A stretch of DNA of 64,000 nt from Pirellulales bacterium (GCA_040901675.1 JBBDYJ010000029.1:51929-115928); one strand, 5' to 3'. Counted from the stretch's first letter, positions 18,578-28,488 are shown. Notes: generated from the sequence alone by a model not told the origin. Made by a program: numbers and translations.

Positions 18578-19579
18578 ATGAAGCTTGTGATCCATCCCCC
18601 GATCGAGGCCGACCGGCTGGCAAAAATCGAGGCGGCCGCGGGCGGCATGCGGGTGGTCAATGCACCCGACGAGGCGGCGGCCCAGGCCGAGATCGCCGAC
18701 GCCGAGGCCTTTTTCGGCAAGCTGACTCCGGACCTGCTCGCGTCCGCGGGCCGGCTGCGCTGGGTGCAGTCGCCGACCGCCAGCCTGGAGCACTACATGT
18801 TCCCGCAGCTCGTCGCGCACCCTCTGACGCTGACGAACATGCGCGGACTCTATTCGGACATCATTGCCGACCACGTGATGGGCTACGTGATCTGTTTTGC
18901 CCGCAACTTCCACCATTACATCCGCAACCAGCTTCAAGGCCGCTGGGCGCCGGTGGGTGGCGAGGCGGCCCGCAGCACGTTCACCGCCGGACCCGGCACG
19001 GTCAGCGACATGGACCGCGCGCACCTGCACCTGGCCGACCTGACGATGGGCGTGGTGGGGTTGGGGCACATCGGCTCGGAGATCGCCCGCCGCGCCAGTG
19101 CTTTCGGCATGCGGGTCGTGGCGGTCGATCCGGTCCGCACCGCCGCGCCGGAGAGGGTGGCGGCCCTCTGGCCTGCCGAGCGGCTGGGTGAGCTGTTGGC
19201 CGAGAGCGATTTTGTGGCCATCGCCGCTCCTCACACGCCGGCCACCGAGAAGCTGTTCCGCCGCCCGCAACTGCGGCAGATGAAGCGGACCGCCTATCTG
19301 ATCAACATCGGGCGCGGCGCGATCGTCGACCTGTCCGACCTGGTGGCCGCGCTGGAGGCGGGCGAGCTAGCCGGCGCCGGCCTGGACGTGTTCGAGATCG
19401 AGCCCTTGCCGCCCGACCATCCTTTATGGCGGATGCCCAACGTGATCATCACGCCGCACGTGGCCGGTCAATCGCCCCGCATCGCCGAGCGCCACCTGGG
19501 CGTGTTGCTCGACAACATCCGCCGCTTCATCCGCGGCGAGGCATTGGTGAACGTGGTCAACAAGGCAGCTTGGTTTTGA
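18578..19579 (+). CDS. D-2-hydroxyacid dehydrogenase (NAD-binding)
   Basis: GVVGLGHIG, LINIGRG, AGLDVFEIEP, ITPHVAG. Confidence 0.93.
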   Translation: MKLVIHPPIEADRLAKIEAAAGGMRVVNAPDEAAAQAEIADAEAFFGKLTPDLLASAGRLRWVQSPTASLEHYMFPQLVAHPLTLTNMRGLYSDIIADHVMGYVICFARNFHHYIRNQLQGRWAPVGGEAARSTFTAGPGTVSDMDRAHLHLADLTMGVVGLGHIGSEIARRASAFGMRVVAVDPVRTAAPERVAALWPAERLGELLAESDFVAIAAPHTPATEKLFRRPQLRQMKRTAYLINIGRGAIVDLSDLVAALEAGELAGAGLDVFEIEPLPPDHPLWRMPNVIITPHVAGQSPRIAERHLGVLLDNIRRFIRGEALVNVVNKAAWF

Positions 19580-19617
19580 GCCAATGCCGGCGCCTCGATT
19601 GAGAGGCGACAAATCAA

Positions 19618-19869
19618 TCAGCCCGGGGTTGAGCAGTATTCGGGGCTGTCCAACTCGATCCGGCGCACCTTGAAGCCGGCCCGGCCGACGTCGGCCACGG
19701 CCGACTTCATCGCCTGCTCGAGCGAGGGCGCCTCGCGCGAAAAGCCAACCCGGCTGATCAATTCACTTGTCCAGATCGTTGCATCGTCGCACTCCCCGTA
19801 GAGGCGGTCGGCGTCCGCTTCGGAGACGTGGTCGACATCAAGCACCAGGGTAAAGTCATAACACCGCAT
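19618..19869 (-). CDS. Small hypothetical protein, antitoxin/HicB-N-like
   Basis: YDFTLVL...LYGECDDAT...FSREAPSLEQAMKSAVADV; immediately 3' of the tRNA. Confidence 0.6.
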   Translation of the reverse strand: MRCYDFTLVLDVDHVSEADADRLYGECDDATIWTSELISRVGFSREAPSLEQAMKSAVADVGRAGFKVRRIELDSPEYCSTPG

Positions 19870-19902
19870 CTTTCGGTCCCTTCACCCACGACCCGACCCA
19901 AG

Positions 19903-19976
19903 TAGCGGCGCAGGGACTCGAACCCCGGACACGCGGATTATGATTCCGCTGCTCTAACCAACTGAGCTACGCCGCC
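19903..19976 (-). tRNA. tRNA-Met (CAT), probably elongator; CCA not encoded
   Basis: GGCGGCGTAGCTCAGTTGGTTAGAGCAGCGGAATCATAATCCGCGTGTCCGGGGTTCGAGTCCCTGCGCCGCTA folds as a cloverleaf with anticodon CAT; lacks the initiator GGG/CCC anticodon stem. Confidence 0.95.
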
Positions 19977-20236
19977 GTACGCAAAACTGCCCTTTTTCAG
20001 ATGTTTTCAACGAGCTAGCCGCCAGGATGAAACCGCCAAGTTCCGGACTACACCCGTCACGACACCCACCGCACCCAAGATAACACCTGGCGAGAGACCC
20101 GAAAAGCCCACCAGGATCGCTCGCCTTTGCCTGACGGCATCCGAAACGCCACGGGCGAGCACCTGGAGGGCTCGACCTGCCCGGTCGGTTGCGCCGTAGA
20201 CTTTGGCATGCCGAACCCCAAGAGCAGGACACTGCC

Positions 20237-20449
20237 ATGAAGCAAAAGATCGCGTTGTTCTTGATGGCGGCCGGCTTGTGCGCCTTGTATGTGCTGCTGG
20301 GCGACGCGCCAAGGCCGCGGCTGGAGGATGAGCGAGAGGCGCGGCTCAGAGCGGCCCAAGCTGCTCAACTCGAAGAACGGGCGAAGGCGGATCGCGCCAA
20401 GATCAATGCGGCCATGAAAGCGGCCCGAATCAAGCACGGCATTCCGTGA
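20237..20449 (+). CDS. Small hypothetical exported or membrane-anchored protein
   Basis: MKQKIALFLMAAGLCALYVLLG hydrophobic N-terminus followed by a charged helix; AGGA upstream. Confidence 0.6.
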   Translation: MKQKIALFLMAAGLCALYVLLGDAPRPRLEDEREARLRAAQAAQLEERAKADRAKINAAMKAARIKHGIP

Positions 20450-20459
20450 ATCGAAGCCT

Positions 20460-20729
20460 CTACCTCGCCCCCTTCACCCCTTCGATCTTCAATAGGGTGA
20501 AGGAGTAGATGGTCGTGGCGTAGATCGTGCCGTCGTGGGCGACGATCAAGGCCATGACCACGTGCAGCGGCGCCAGCGTGCCGTCGGGCAGAGTGTGGTA
20601 GCCGTGGACCGGACGCGGACTGCCGTCGGGGTTGCTCATTGGGCCGGCGGCGAAGTTGAAGAAATCGGGGTTCCTGACGGCCAGCACGCCCAGGCTCGCG
20701 CCGGCAAAAAGCCCGCAGGCCTGTTCCAT
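20460..20729 (-). pseudogene. Probable 3' remnant of a larger (beta-propeller-like) gene
   Basis: LGVLAVRNPD...HGYHTLPDGTLAPLHVVMALIVAHDGTIYATTIYSFTLLKI has native codon usage and resembles a terminal propeller blade, with no credible N-terminus. Confidence 0.45.
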
Positions 20730-20815
20730 TCGCCCCGCCTTGCCAGTACGATCGAGAGGGTTGATCCCGCCCCGTGTTGCCGGTGTAGTCCCGTCCCGCC
20801 GCCGGAGTTTTCTTT

Positions 20816-23800
20816 GTGGATTGCCATCGCTGGTTCTTGTCGCTGATTTTCTGCGGGCTGCTGCTGGCGAAAGCCGGCGGTGAGCAACCGGCAAAACAGG
20901 AATTCGTCTGCCGCTTCACCACCGAGCCGATCACGATCGACGGCAAGCCGGCTGAAGCGGCCTGGCAGTCGGCCGAGCTGATCGACCATTTTTACCAGCC
21001 GTGGCAGAAGGATCGGGCGAAGGCCCGCTCGTCGACCAGGGCCCGGCTGTTGTGGGACCGCGAGCACTTCTATTTCCTGGCCGAGATGAACGACGCCGAC
21101 CTGTACGCCGACGTCGAGGAGCACGACGGCGAGACCTGGTACAATGACGTCTTCGAGCTCTTCTTCAAGCCGGCCGACGACAAGCCGGGCTATTACGAGT
21201 TCCAGGTGAACCCGGCGGGCACGGTGCTCGACATGTTTCTGCCGCGGCGCGGGGCGGGTGGCTATCGCCGCTTCGCCCGCGACGGCGAGTTCCACGTCGA
21301 AGCCAAGGTAGCGCTGCGCGCGACGCTCAACCAGTGGCAGGACCGGGACGAAGGCTGGACCGTCGAAGGCCGCATTCCGTGGCGCGATTTCGTCCGCACC
21401 GGGGGACGGCCCGAGGTCGATGAGACGTGGAAGTTCACTCTCTGCCGCTACGACTACTCGGTCGACTTCGAAGGTCCGGAGCTGTCGACGTGCGCCCCGC
21501 TCGATTCGCTGCCGCATCCCAACTTTCATCACTTCGAAGACTATGCCACGCTGAAGTTCGAGGGACCGGATCGCGTTGGCGGCGCCGGCGGCAAGATGCA
21601 TCGGCTGCTCGCGATCAAAGAGGCGCTCTCGCGCGTTCCTTCGACGGTTGCCGGCTCGCCCGATCCGCCGCTGCCGTACCGGGCGGTGCGCGTGATGCCG
21701 GAGCTCAAGCCGTCGTTTCCGATCTACGTGATGGTGGAGCCGCTCAGCGGGCGATTGCTGTTGATCGATCAACTGCGTCCGGACGGGTCGACGCGGATCT
21801 GCCGCACCACCGAGCAACCGGGCGAGCTGGAAACCCTGCTGGAATTCCCCCCCGGCGGCGTCGCCTACGACGTTGCCCTGCACCCCCACTATGCCGACAT
21901 CGGCTACCTCTACGTCGGTTGGAACGGCGCGGGGGAAGGGGGCGAAAAGCGATCGATCGTCACCCGCCACACGGTCGACCGCCAAAAGCCCTACTCGCTC
22001 CTGAAGGATTCCGCGCTGGCCATCATCGACTGGCCCTCGGACGGTCACAACGGGGCGGCCCTGGCATTCGGCCACGACGGTATGCTCTATGTCACGTCGG
22101 GCGACGGCACCAGCGACTCCGACACCGACGTCACCGGCCAGGGCCTCGATCATCTGCTGTCGAAGCTGCTGCGGATCGACGTCGATCGGCCCGGCGACGG
22201 GCGAGCCTACTCGGTGCCGCCGGATAATCCCTTCGTGGGACAAGCGGGCGTCCGGGCGGAAACGTGGGCCTACGGCTTCCGCAACCCATGGCGAATCACG
22301 GTTGATTCGCAAACGGGCGACGTGTGGGTCGCGCAGAACGGGCAGGATCTCTGGGAGCAAGCGTATCTCATCGAGCGCGGCGCCAACTACGGCTGGAGCG
22401 TGTACGAGGGGTCGCACCTGTTCTATCCCAACCGCCGGCTTGGTCCCACGCCCGTGTCGAAGCCGACGGTCGAGCATCCGCACTCCGAGGCCCGCTCGCT
22501 GACCGGTGGCGTCGTGTATTACGGCCGGAAGTTCCCCGAGCTGCGCGGGGCCTACATCTACGGCGATTACTCCACCGGCAAGATCTGGGGAGTGAAGGTT
22601 CGGGAGGGAAGAGCCGTCTGGCAGCGGGAGCTCGCCGACACCACGCTGCAGATCACCTGCTTCGCGGTCGATGCCGAGGGCGAGCTGTTGATCAGCGATC
22701 ATCGCGGCGAAGGAGGCTTGTACACGCTCGAGCCCAATCCCGTCGATCCGGCGGCGCGGCCGTTTCCCCGGAAGCTGAGCGAGACCGGCCTGTTCACTTC
22801 GGTGGCCGGTCACCAGGTCCATCCCGGCCTCTTGCCGTACAGCGTGAACGCGCCGCTCTGGTCCGACGGCGCGCACAAGGACCGCTACCTCTATCTGCCC
22901 CCCGCGCCCCCGGGAGATGGCAGCGGCGAGGGGGCCGGGCAGGTCGCGAAGTTCGATTTCACCAGCGGCGACCAGGGTTGGAACTTGCCGGACGGCGCGA
23001 TCGCGGTTAAGTCGTTCGCGCTCGACACGCCCCAGGGGCGCCGCTGGATCGAGACGCGGCTCCTGGTCAAGCAAGAGGGCGAGTGGGTCGGTTACAGCTA
23101 CCGCTGGAACGGCGAGCAGACCGAGGCGGAGCTGGTCGACGCTCCGGGACTCGATCAATCGTTTGACGCCCTCGCCGGCGACGGCGGCGTCCGCAGCCAG
23201 TCGTGGCACTATCCCAGCCGTGCCGAGTGCATGGTCTGCCACAGCCGCGCGGCGAACTACCTGCTCGGTCTTTCCACGCCGCAGTTCAACAAGACGCACG
23301 ACTACGGCCCAGTGCAGGCCAACCAGTTGGAAGTGCTCGAATGGCTCGGCGCGCTGCGCGTGAACTGGATGGCCGAGCAGCACGCCGCGCTGCGCGAGGA
23401 GCTGAAGCAGGCCGGCAAGTCGGACCAGGAGGCCGACGATGACCTGCGGCGGCTCACGGCCACCCGCAACCAGCGGCAGCCGAAAACCTCGTCGCTGCTG
23501 TTCAAACGTGGCGAGCAGTATCCGGCGCTGGTCGATCCGTATGATCCGCAGGCCGACTTGACGCTACGGGTCAGATCCTACCTGCACGCCAACTGTGCCC
23601 AATGCCACGTGGAGGCTGGCGGCGGCAACGCCCAGATGCAACTGGCCTGGTCGACGCCGCTGGACAAGATGAAGCTGATTAATGTTCCGCCCGTCCACCA
23701 CACGTTCGACCTGGCGGAACCGCGGTTGGTGGCCCCCGGCGATCCATCGCGCTCGGTGCTTTTGCACCGCATCTCGATCCGCGACCGCGGCCAGATGCCC

Positions 23801-23875
23801 CAGCTCGCCACCAGCGTAGTCGACGAGCAAGCCGTCCAGCTCTTCCGCGAGTGGATCCAGGGCCTGAAAGAGTGA
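20816..23875 (+). CDS. Fusion of CBM9/DOMON-like sugar-binding domain, PQQ-dependent glucose/sorbosone dehydrogenase and c-type heme region
   Basis: Signal peptide; ITIDG...DVFELF...YEFQVNP (CBM9-like); HNGAALAFGHDGMLY, WAYGFRNPWR, GANYGW (GSDH); CMVCH and CAQCH. Confidence 0.88.
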   Translation: MDCHRWFLSLIFCGLLLAKAGGEQPAKQEFVCRFTTEPITIDGKPAEAAWQSAELIDHFYQPWQKDRAKARSSTRARLLWDREHFYFLAEMNDADLYADVEEHDGETWYNDVFELFFKPADDKPGYYEFQVNPAGTVLDMFLPRRGAGGYRRFARDGEFHVEAKVALRATLNQWQDRDEGWTVEGRIPWRDFVRTGGRPEVDETWKFTLCRYDYSVDFEGPELSTCAPLDSLPHPNFHHFEDYATLKFEGPDRVGGAGGKMHRLLAIKEALSRVPSTVAGSPDPPLPYRAVRVMPELKPSFPIYVMVEPLSGRLLLIDQLRPDGSTRICRTTEQPGELETLLEFPPGGVAYDVALHPHYADIGYLYVGWNGAGEGGEKRSIVTRHTVDRQKPYSLLKDSALAIIDWPSDGHNGAALAFGHDGMLYVTSGDGTSDSDTDVTGQGLDHLLSKLLRIDVDRPGDGRAYSVPPDNPFVGQAGVRAETWAYGFRNPWRITVDSQTGDVWVAQNGQDLWEQAYLIERGANYGWSVYEGSHLFYPNRRLGPTPVSKPTVEHPHSEARSLTGGVVYYGRKFPELRGAYIYGDYSTGKIWGVKVREGRAVWQRELADTTLQITCFAVDAEGELLISDHRGEGGLYTLEPNPVDPAARPFPRKLSETGLFTSVAGHQVHPGLLPYSVNAPLWSDGAHKDRYLYLPPAPPGDGSGEGAGQVAKFDFTSGDQGWNLPDGAIAVKSFALDTPQGRRWIETRLLVKQEGEWVGYSYRWNGEQTEAELVDAPGLDQSFDALAGDGGVRSQSWHYPSRAECMVCHSRAANYLLGLSTPQFNKTHDYGPVQANQLEVLEWLGALRVNWMAEQHAALREELKQAGKSDQEADDDLRRLTATRNQRQPKTSSLLFKRGEQYPALVDPYDPQADLTLRVRSYLHANCAQCHVEAGGGNAQMQLAWSTPLDKMKLINVPPVHHTFDLAEPRLVAPGDPSRSVLLHRISIRDRGQMPQLATSVVDEQAVQLFREWIQGLKE

Positions 23876-23878
23876 GCA

Positions 23879-24310
23879 ATGGCTAACAAGCATTCGTCGC
23901 GGCAGGCATACGGAAAGATCCAAGACACGAGCAAGACGCTGCCGCGCATCGAGCCATCGGAGGTCGCGTCCGTTTTGGGGGCCGAACCCTCTGGGGTCAC
24001 TTTTCCCGTCGGGGGTGGACCGCTGTCCGCCTTGCAAGTCCGTCAGGAGCTTCTTAAGCGGCTGCACTCCAGCGGCGGGCGCCCCTCTCTCTCGGACACT
24101 TCTCGTCGCGTCAAGATCCCACTTAGTCACAAGCAGTGGCAAGAGCTTGAAGATATCGCCGCCGAGGTGGCGTCTCCCGGTTTTTCACCTTCGGCTGGCC
24201 AGATCGCGAGCGTTCTGATCGCTCTGTCGTTGCGTTCACTTCGAGGGGAGAAGGACACGCCAAAGTCTTCCAAGTCAGAGGCTGGTGCGCTCACCGCGCT
24301 TCGAGATTGA
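23879..24310 (+). CDS. Hypothetical protein, possible RHH-like DNA-binding C-terminus
   Basis: Starts 3 nt after the upstream stop; SSGGRP...RRVKIPLSHKQWQELEDIA; somewhat more AT-rich than neighbours. Confidence 0.65.
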   Translation: MANKHSSRQAYGKIQDTSKTLPRIEPSEVASVLGAEPSGVTFPVGGGPLSALQVRQELLKRLHSSGGRPSLSDTSRRVKIPLSHKQWQELEDIAAEVASPGFSPSAGQIASVLIALSLRSLRGEKDTPKSSKSEAGALTALRD

Positions 24311-24326
24311 CTCCAAGCTCCCAGAT

Positions 24327-24935
24327 CTAAAGCCCCTCCTGGTGCGCCCCCGGCCGCAGCAACTCCTCGGTGGCCAGGAATGCCCGGGCTGCCTGGACGA
24401 GGTCGCGGTCCTGCCTGACTGCCCACTGTTCCAGCCGGGCGCGGGCCTTGGTCTCGTCGAGACCCAGTTGTTCAGTCAACACTTGCCTGGCGCGCTCTAC
24501 GGCGTCCTGGTCGGCCAAAGAGCGCCGCAACGAGTCGGCCTCACGCCGCAGTGCCCGCATTTCCTCAAAACGCCGCCGGGCCAGGGCGATCGCCGGGCCG
24601 AGCTGCGCCGCGCTGACCGGCTTGAGCAGGTAATCGAGGATCTGACTCTGGGCGGCCCGCTGCACCAGCTCGCGGCTGTAGTAGGCCGACAGCACGATGA
24701 CCGGCGTGGGGAAAAGCTCCAGAATGATGCGGGCGGCCTCCAGGCCGTCCATGTCGGGCATGCGGACGTCGGTGATGACCAGGTCGGGGTGCGTGGCCAG
24801 GCACTGCTCGACCAGTTCCTGGCCGGTGGCGGCCGTGCAGATCACCCGGTGCCCCAGGTACTGGACCATCCGCGCGAGCACGCCGCGAATCTCGGCGTGG
24901 TCGTCGGCCAGGGCCACTCGCAGCGAAGAGGTCAC
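24327..24935 (-). CDS. REC-ANTAR response regulator (divergent ANTAR)
   Basis: VALADD, PDLVITDVRMP, YLLKP, coiled coil, then AVERARQVL...; GTG start at 24935. Confidence 0.82.
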   Translation of the reverse strand: MTSSLRVALADDHAEIRGVLARMVQYLGHRVICTAATGQELVEQCLATHPDLVITDVRMPDMDGLEAARIILELFPTPVIVLSAYYSRELVQRAAQSQILDYLLKPVSAAQLGPAIALARRRFEEMRALRREADSLRRSLADQDAVERARQVLTEQLGLDETKARARLEQWAVRQDRDLVQAARAFLATEELLRPGAHQEGL

Positions 24936-25091
24936 TCCGTTTGGCTCCCCGTGAGGCCGAGTGCGAAATAAAGAAAGCCGGTCCGTCCGGTTCAAGAGGG
25001 TGGTGTTCCGCGTTCGCAGGTACCGGAAAGAAACTCCCGCCTATATTGCCCGCCGACCGCGGAAACCTGACGCGCACCGACCGGCCCGGTT

Positions 25092-25679
25092 TCAGCCGCC
25101 CAGCGCCTCGGCGGCGGTCAGGATCATCTCGGCGATCTCGATCAGCTTCTTGTTCTTGCTGCTGGCCAGTTTCTGGAGCCGGCGGAACGCCTCCGGCTCA
25201 TCGACGTTCCAGTGCTTCATGACCAGCCCCTTGGCCCGCTCGATCATCTTGCGGTTCGCCAGTGCCTGCCGCAAATCGGTTGCCTCCTCCTCCAGGGCCC
25301 GCAGTTCGCCGAACCGCCGCATCACCAGCACGATGGCCGCCTCCAGTTGAGGCTGGCCGATCGGTTTCACCAGGTAGGCCAGCACGTGGTTCTCCTGGGC
25401 CCGCTCGATCAGCTCTCGATCCGTGAACCCCGACAATAGAATGATGGGGGTCGGCACGTCCTGATAAATGCTCTTCGCCGCGTCGAGCCCGTCCATGTCG
25501 GGCATGCGGATGTCGGTGATCACCAGGTCGGGCCGGGTCGCCCCACATTCACGTACCAGGTTGGTCCCGCTCGAGGCCAGGAACGCCACTTCGTGCCCCA
25601 AGGCACAGATCATTTTCTCCAGAGCGGCGCGGACGGGCGCTTCGTCGTCCGCGATGCCCACCCGCAATGAAGTGGTCAT
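25092..25679 (-). CDS. REC-ANTAR response regulator (NasT/EutV/PdtaR type)
   Basis: VGIADD, PDLVITDIRMP, YLVKP; RKMIERAKGLVM...EPEAFRRLQKLAS is a canonical ANTAR. Confidence 0.92.
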   Translation of the reverse strand: MTTSLRVGIADDEAPVRAALEKMICALGHEVAFLASSGTNLVRECGATRPDLVITDIRMPDMDGLDAAKSIYQDVPTPIILLSGFTDRELIERAQENHVLAYLVKPIGQPQLEAAIVLVMRRFGELRALEEEATDLRQALANRKMIERAKGLVMKHWNVDEPEAFRRLQKLASSKNKKLIEIAEMILTAAEALGG

Positions 25680-26025
25680 GGTCTTGCCTGCGCCTTCGCG
25701 GCGAGATAGTTCAGGGTGCGATTGATCGTGGCCAGGCAAACGCATCCGCAGCGAAAATGCCTCGGTGTCCCGTGTTATTTTATTTTCGCCTGCCTGCCTG
25801 ACCGCTTCAATACCGTTCTCAAACCGCAACATGATCATCGAGTCATGGCTGGCCGGGGGGGCGGACCCTAAACCTCCAGTGGGCAAGGAATTGGGTTGCC
25901 GTCTGCCGGCGAGTTGGTATCCTGAAGCGGGGCGGAATACCAGCCTAGGCGCGTGGCATGCGGCCCAGCGATCGCAACCGCCCGACGCCTCAACAGCATC
26001 GCTACGCTCGGAGGACTCGAAGCCA

Positions 26026-28488
26026 ATGAGTCGCCAGTGCGCTTCGACGCTCCCTGTCCCTTCAATACCGGCGGACGCCCCTCGCCCCCGCCGGTGGCTG
26101 GCCCGAAGCGTGCCAACCGCGAGCAGCCGGGCAGCCAGCCGGGCCCTGTTGTTCGCCGCGCTGGGACTGCTGCTCACTTCGATCCTGCACCCCGTTGCGG
26201 CCGAAGAGCCTTATGGACGGTTCCAGTTCGACGAGACGGACTTGCAGCACTGGAGCTTCATGCCGGTCGAGCGCGCCCGGCCGCCCGCGGTGGCCGACGC
26301 GGCCTGGGTCAAAAACCCGATCGACGCCTTTGTCCTGGCCGGGCTGGAAGAGGCCGGGCTCACACCGGCGCCCGCGGCCGATCGCCGGACGCTGCTGCGG
26401 CGGCTGTACCTGGACCTGCTCGGCCTGCCTCCCACACCGGAGGAACAAGAGGCGTTTCTCAGCGACACATCGCCCGGCGCCGTAGCCCGGCTGGTCGACG
26501 ATTTGCTCTCGCGGCCCGCCTACGGCGAGCGTTGGGGCCGGCATTGGTTGGACGTCGTCCGCTATGCCGAGTCGAACGGCTATGAGCGCGACGGCGCCAA
26601 ACCGAGCGTCTGGCGATACCGCGACTACGTGATCGACTCGTTCAACCGCGACAAGCCTTACGACGTCTTCTTGCGCGAGCAACTGGCCGGCGATGAGCTG
26701 GAAGGCTCGAACGCCGAAATGCAGATTGCCACCACGTTCCTGCGGCTCGGCCCTTGGGACGACGAGCCGGCCGACCCCGAGGTCGACCGTTACGACCAGC
26801 TCGACGACCTGGTCGGCGCCACCACCGCCACGTTCATGGCCCAGACCGTGCGCTGTGCCCGTTGCCACGATCACAAATTCGAGTCGTTCACGCAGCGCGA
26901 CTACTCCAGGCTGCTGGCCGTCTTCGAGCCACTCGAGCGCCCGCGGGACGATCGCACCGACCTCGACCGGCCGGTCGGAACGGCCAGCGAGGTCGCCGCA
27001 TACAACGAGGCGCTGGCCAAGGCCAAGGATGCCGTCGTCCAGGTGCGGCGCAAGTTCGACGAGGCAGAGTGGCGGGTCGTGCGCCGCCTGGCCGAGGCAG
27101 GCGTGCTCACGGCCGCAGCCGCCAGCACCGATCAGGCGGCCGTGGCCGGCGACGGCGCCCCGGCGAATCCAGCGGCGGCCGAAGCGGCGGAAGCAGCCGG
27201 CCCTCCGGCCCTCTCCCTGACGCTCGTGGCCGACGCTCTGGCCGCGTTTCAGGTCGAACCGGCCCAGCGCAACGGCGACCAGGAGAAGATGGTCAAAAAA
27301 CATCGCAAGGAACTGCGCAGCCTGTTGGATAAAGGCGCCACGCCGGAGGAAAGCGACCTCCTGGCCGGCCTTCTGCGGGATATCGAACAGGCCGAGGCCG
27401 CAATGCCCCCGGAGCCCACCAAGGCCTATATCTGGTACGAGAAGTCGCCCCAGGCGCCGCCGACATACGTGCTTGCGCGCGGCGATCCGCGCCAGCGGCT
27501 GGAGCAGGTCGAGCCGGGCGTGCCGGCCATCCTGGTCGATGGGCCGCTGGCCCCGGCCACGCCGACTGCCCACAGCACGGGCCGCCGACGCCAACTGGCC
27601 GAATGGCTGACGCGGCCCGACAACCCATTGACCGCGCGGGTGATGGTCAACCGCATCTGGCAGCAGCATTTCGGCGACGGCCTGGCGGGGACCGAGAACG
27701 ATTTCGGCGTGATGGGCGAGGCGCCGACGCATCCCGGCCTGCTCGACTGGCTGGCCGCCGAGTTCGTCTGCAGCGGTTGGAGCATCAAGCACGTGCACCG
27801 CTTGATGCTGCTGTCCAACACGTATCAGATGTCGGCCGAGCCGAATGCCGCAGCCGAGGCGAAAGACCGGCACAACGCCCGCTTGTGGCGGTGGACGCCT
27901 CGCCGGCTGGAGGCCGAGGCCATCCGCGATTCGATCCTGGCCGTCAGCGGCCGGCTCAACGGCCAGATGGGCGGCCCCAGCGTGTTTCCACCGATCGCTC
28001 CGGAGGTGCTGGCCAGCCAGTCGCGACCCGGCAGCGGCTGGGAGAAGTCGGAGCCGGAGCAGGCGGCCCGCCGCGGCATTTACATGTTCGTCAAGCGGAC
28101 GCTGCTGATTCCCGAGCTGGAGGTGCTCGATTTCCCGGACACGAACAACACCTGCGAACAGCGGGCCGTATCCACCGTGGCCACGCAGGCGCTGACGTTT
28201 TTGAACGGCCAGTTCATTCACGAGCAATCGCGGCACTTCGCCGAGCGCTTGATGCGCGAAGCGCCCGACGCGGCGGCGCGGGTCGAGCGGGCCTACGCCC
28301 TGGCGCTGGCCCGGCCTCCCAGGGACGATGAGCGCCAGGCGGTGCTGGCGTTTCTCGCCGGGCAGGAGCAGCGCATCCGTGACGAAGCCCAGTCGGCCGG
28401 CGGCAGCGCGGACCAGGCCGCCCAACAGGCGCTCCAGCAACTCTGCCTGGTGCTGTTGAACACCAACGAGTTCGTTTACATGCGTTAG
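26026..28488 (+). CDS. DUF1549/DUF1553 (PSD1) domain protein
   Basis: HWSF, NPIDAF, YGERWGRHWLDVVRY, CARCHDHKF, ARVMVNRIWQQHFG, PTHPGLLDWLA; GGAGG before ATG 26026. Confidence 0.93.
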   Translation: MSRQCASTLPVPSIPADAPRPRRWLARSVPTASSRAASRALLFAALGLLLTSILHPVAAEEPYGRFQFDETDLQHWSFMPVERARPPAVADAAWVKNPIDAFVLAGLEEAGLTPAPAADRRTLLRRLYLDLLGLPPTPEEQEAFLSDTSPGAVARLVDDLLSRPAYGERWGRHWLDVVRYAESNGYERDGAKPSVWRYRDYVIDSFNRDKPYDVFLREQLAGDELEGSNAEMQIATTFLRLGPWDDEPADPEVDRYDQLDDLVGATTATFMAQTVRCARCHDHKFESFTQRDYSRLLAVFEPLERPRDDRTDLDRPVGTASEVAAYNEALAKAKDAVVQVRRKFDEAEWRVVRRLAEAGVLTAAAASTDQAAVAGDGAPANPAAAEAAEAAGPPALSLTLVADALAAFQVEPAQRNGDQEKMVKKHRKELRSLLDKGATPEESDLLAGLLRDIEQAEAAMPPEPTKAYIWYEKSPQAPPTYVLARGDPRQRLEQVEPGVPAILVDGPLAPATPTAHSTGRRRQLAEWLTRPDNPLTARVMVNRIWQQHFGDGLAGTENDFGVMGEAPTHPGLLDWLAAEFVCSGWSIKHVHRLMLLSNTYQMSAEPNAAAEAKDRHNARLWRWTPRRLEAEAIRDSILAVSGRLNGQMGGPSVFPPIAPEVLASQSRPGSGWEKSEPEQAARRGIYMFVKRTLLIPELEVLDFPDTNNTCEQRAVSTVATQALTFLNGQFIHEQSRHFAERLMREAPDAAARVERAYALALARPPRDDERQAVLAFLAGQEQRIRDEAQSAGGSADQAAQQALQQLCLVLLNTNEFVYMR

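Noticed and set aside
20126..20150. Hammerhead ribozyme (CTGACGG...CGAAAC)
   Set aside because: The core deviates from CUGANGA and there is no room for stem II.
19870..20460. Prophage or ICE integrated at tRNA-Met
   Set aside because: No integrase, phage genes or duplicated tRNA 3' end seen in the window.
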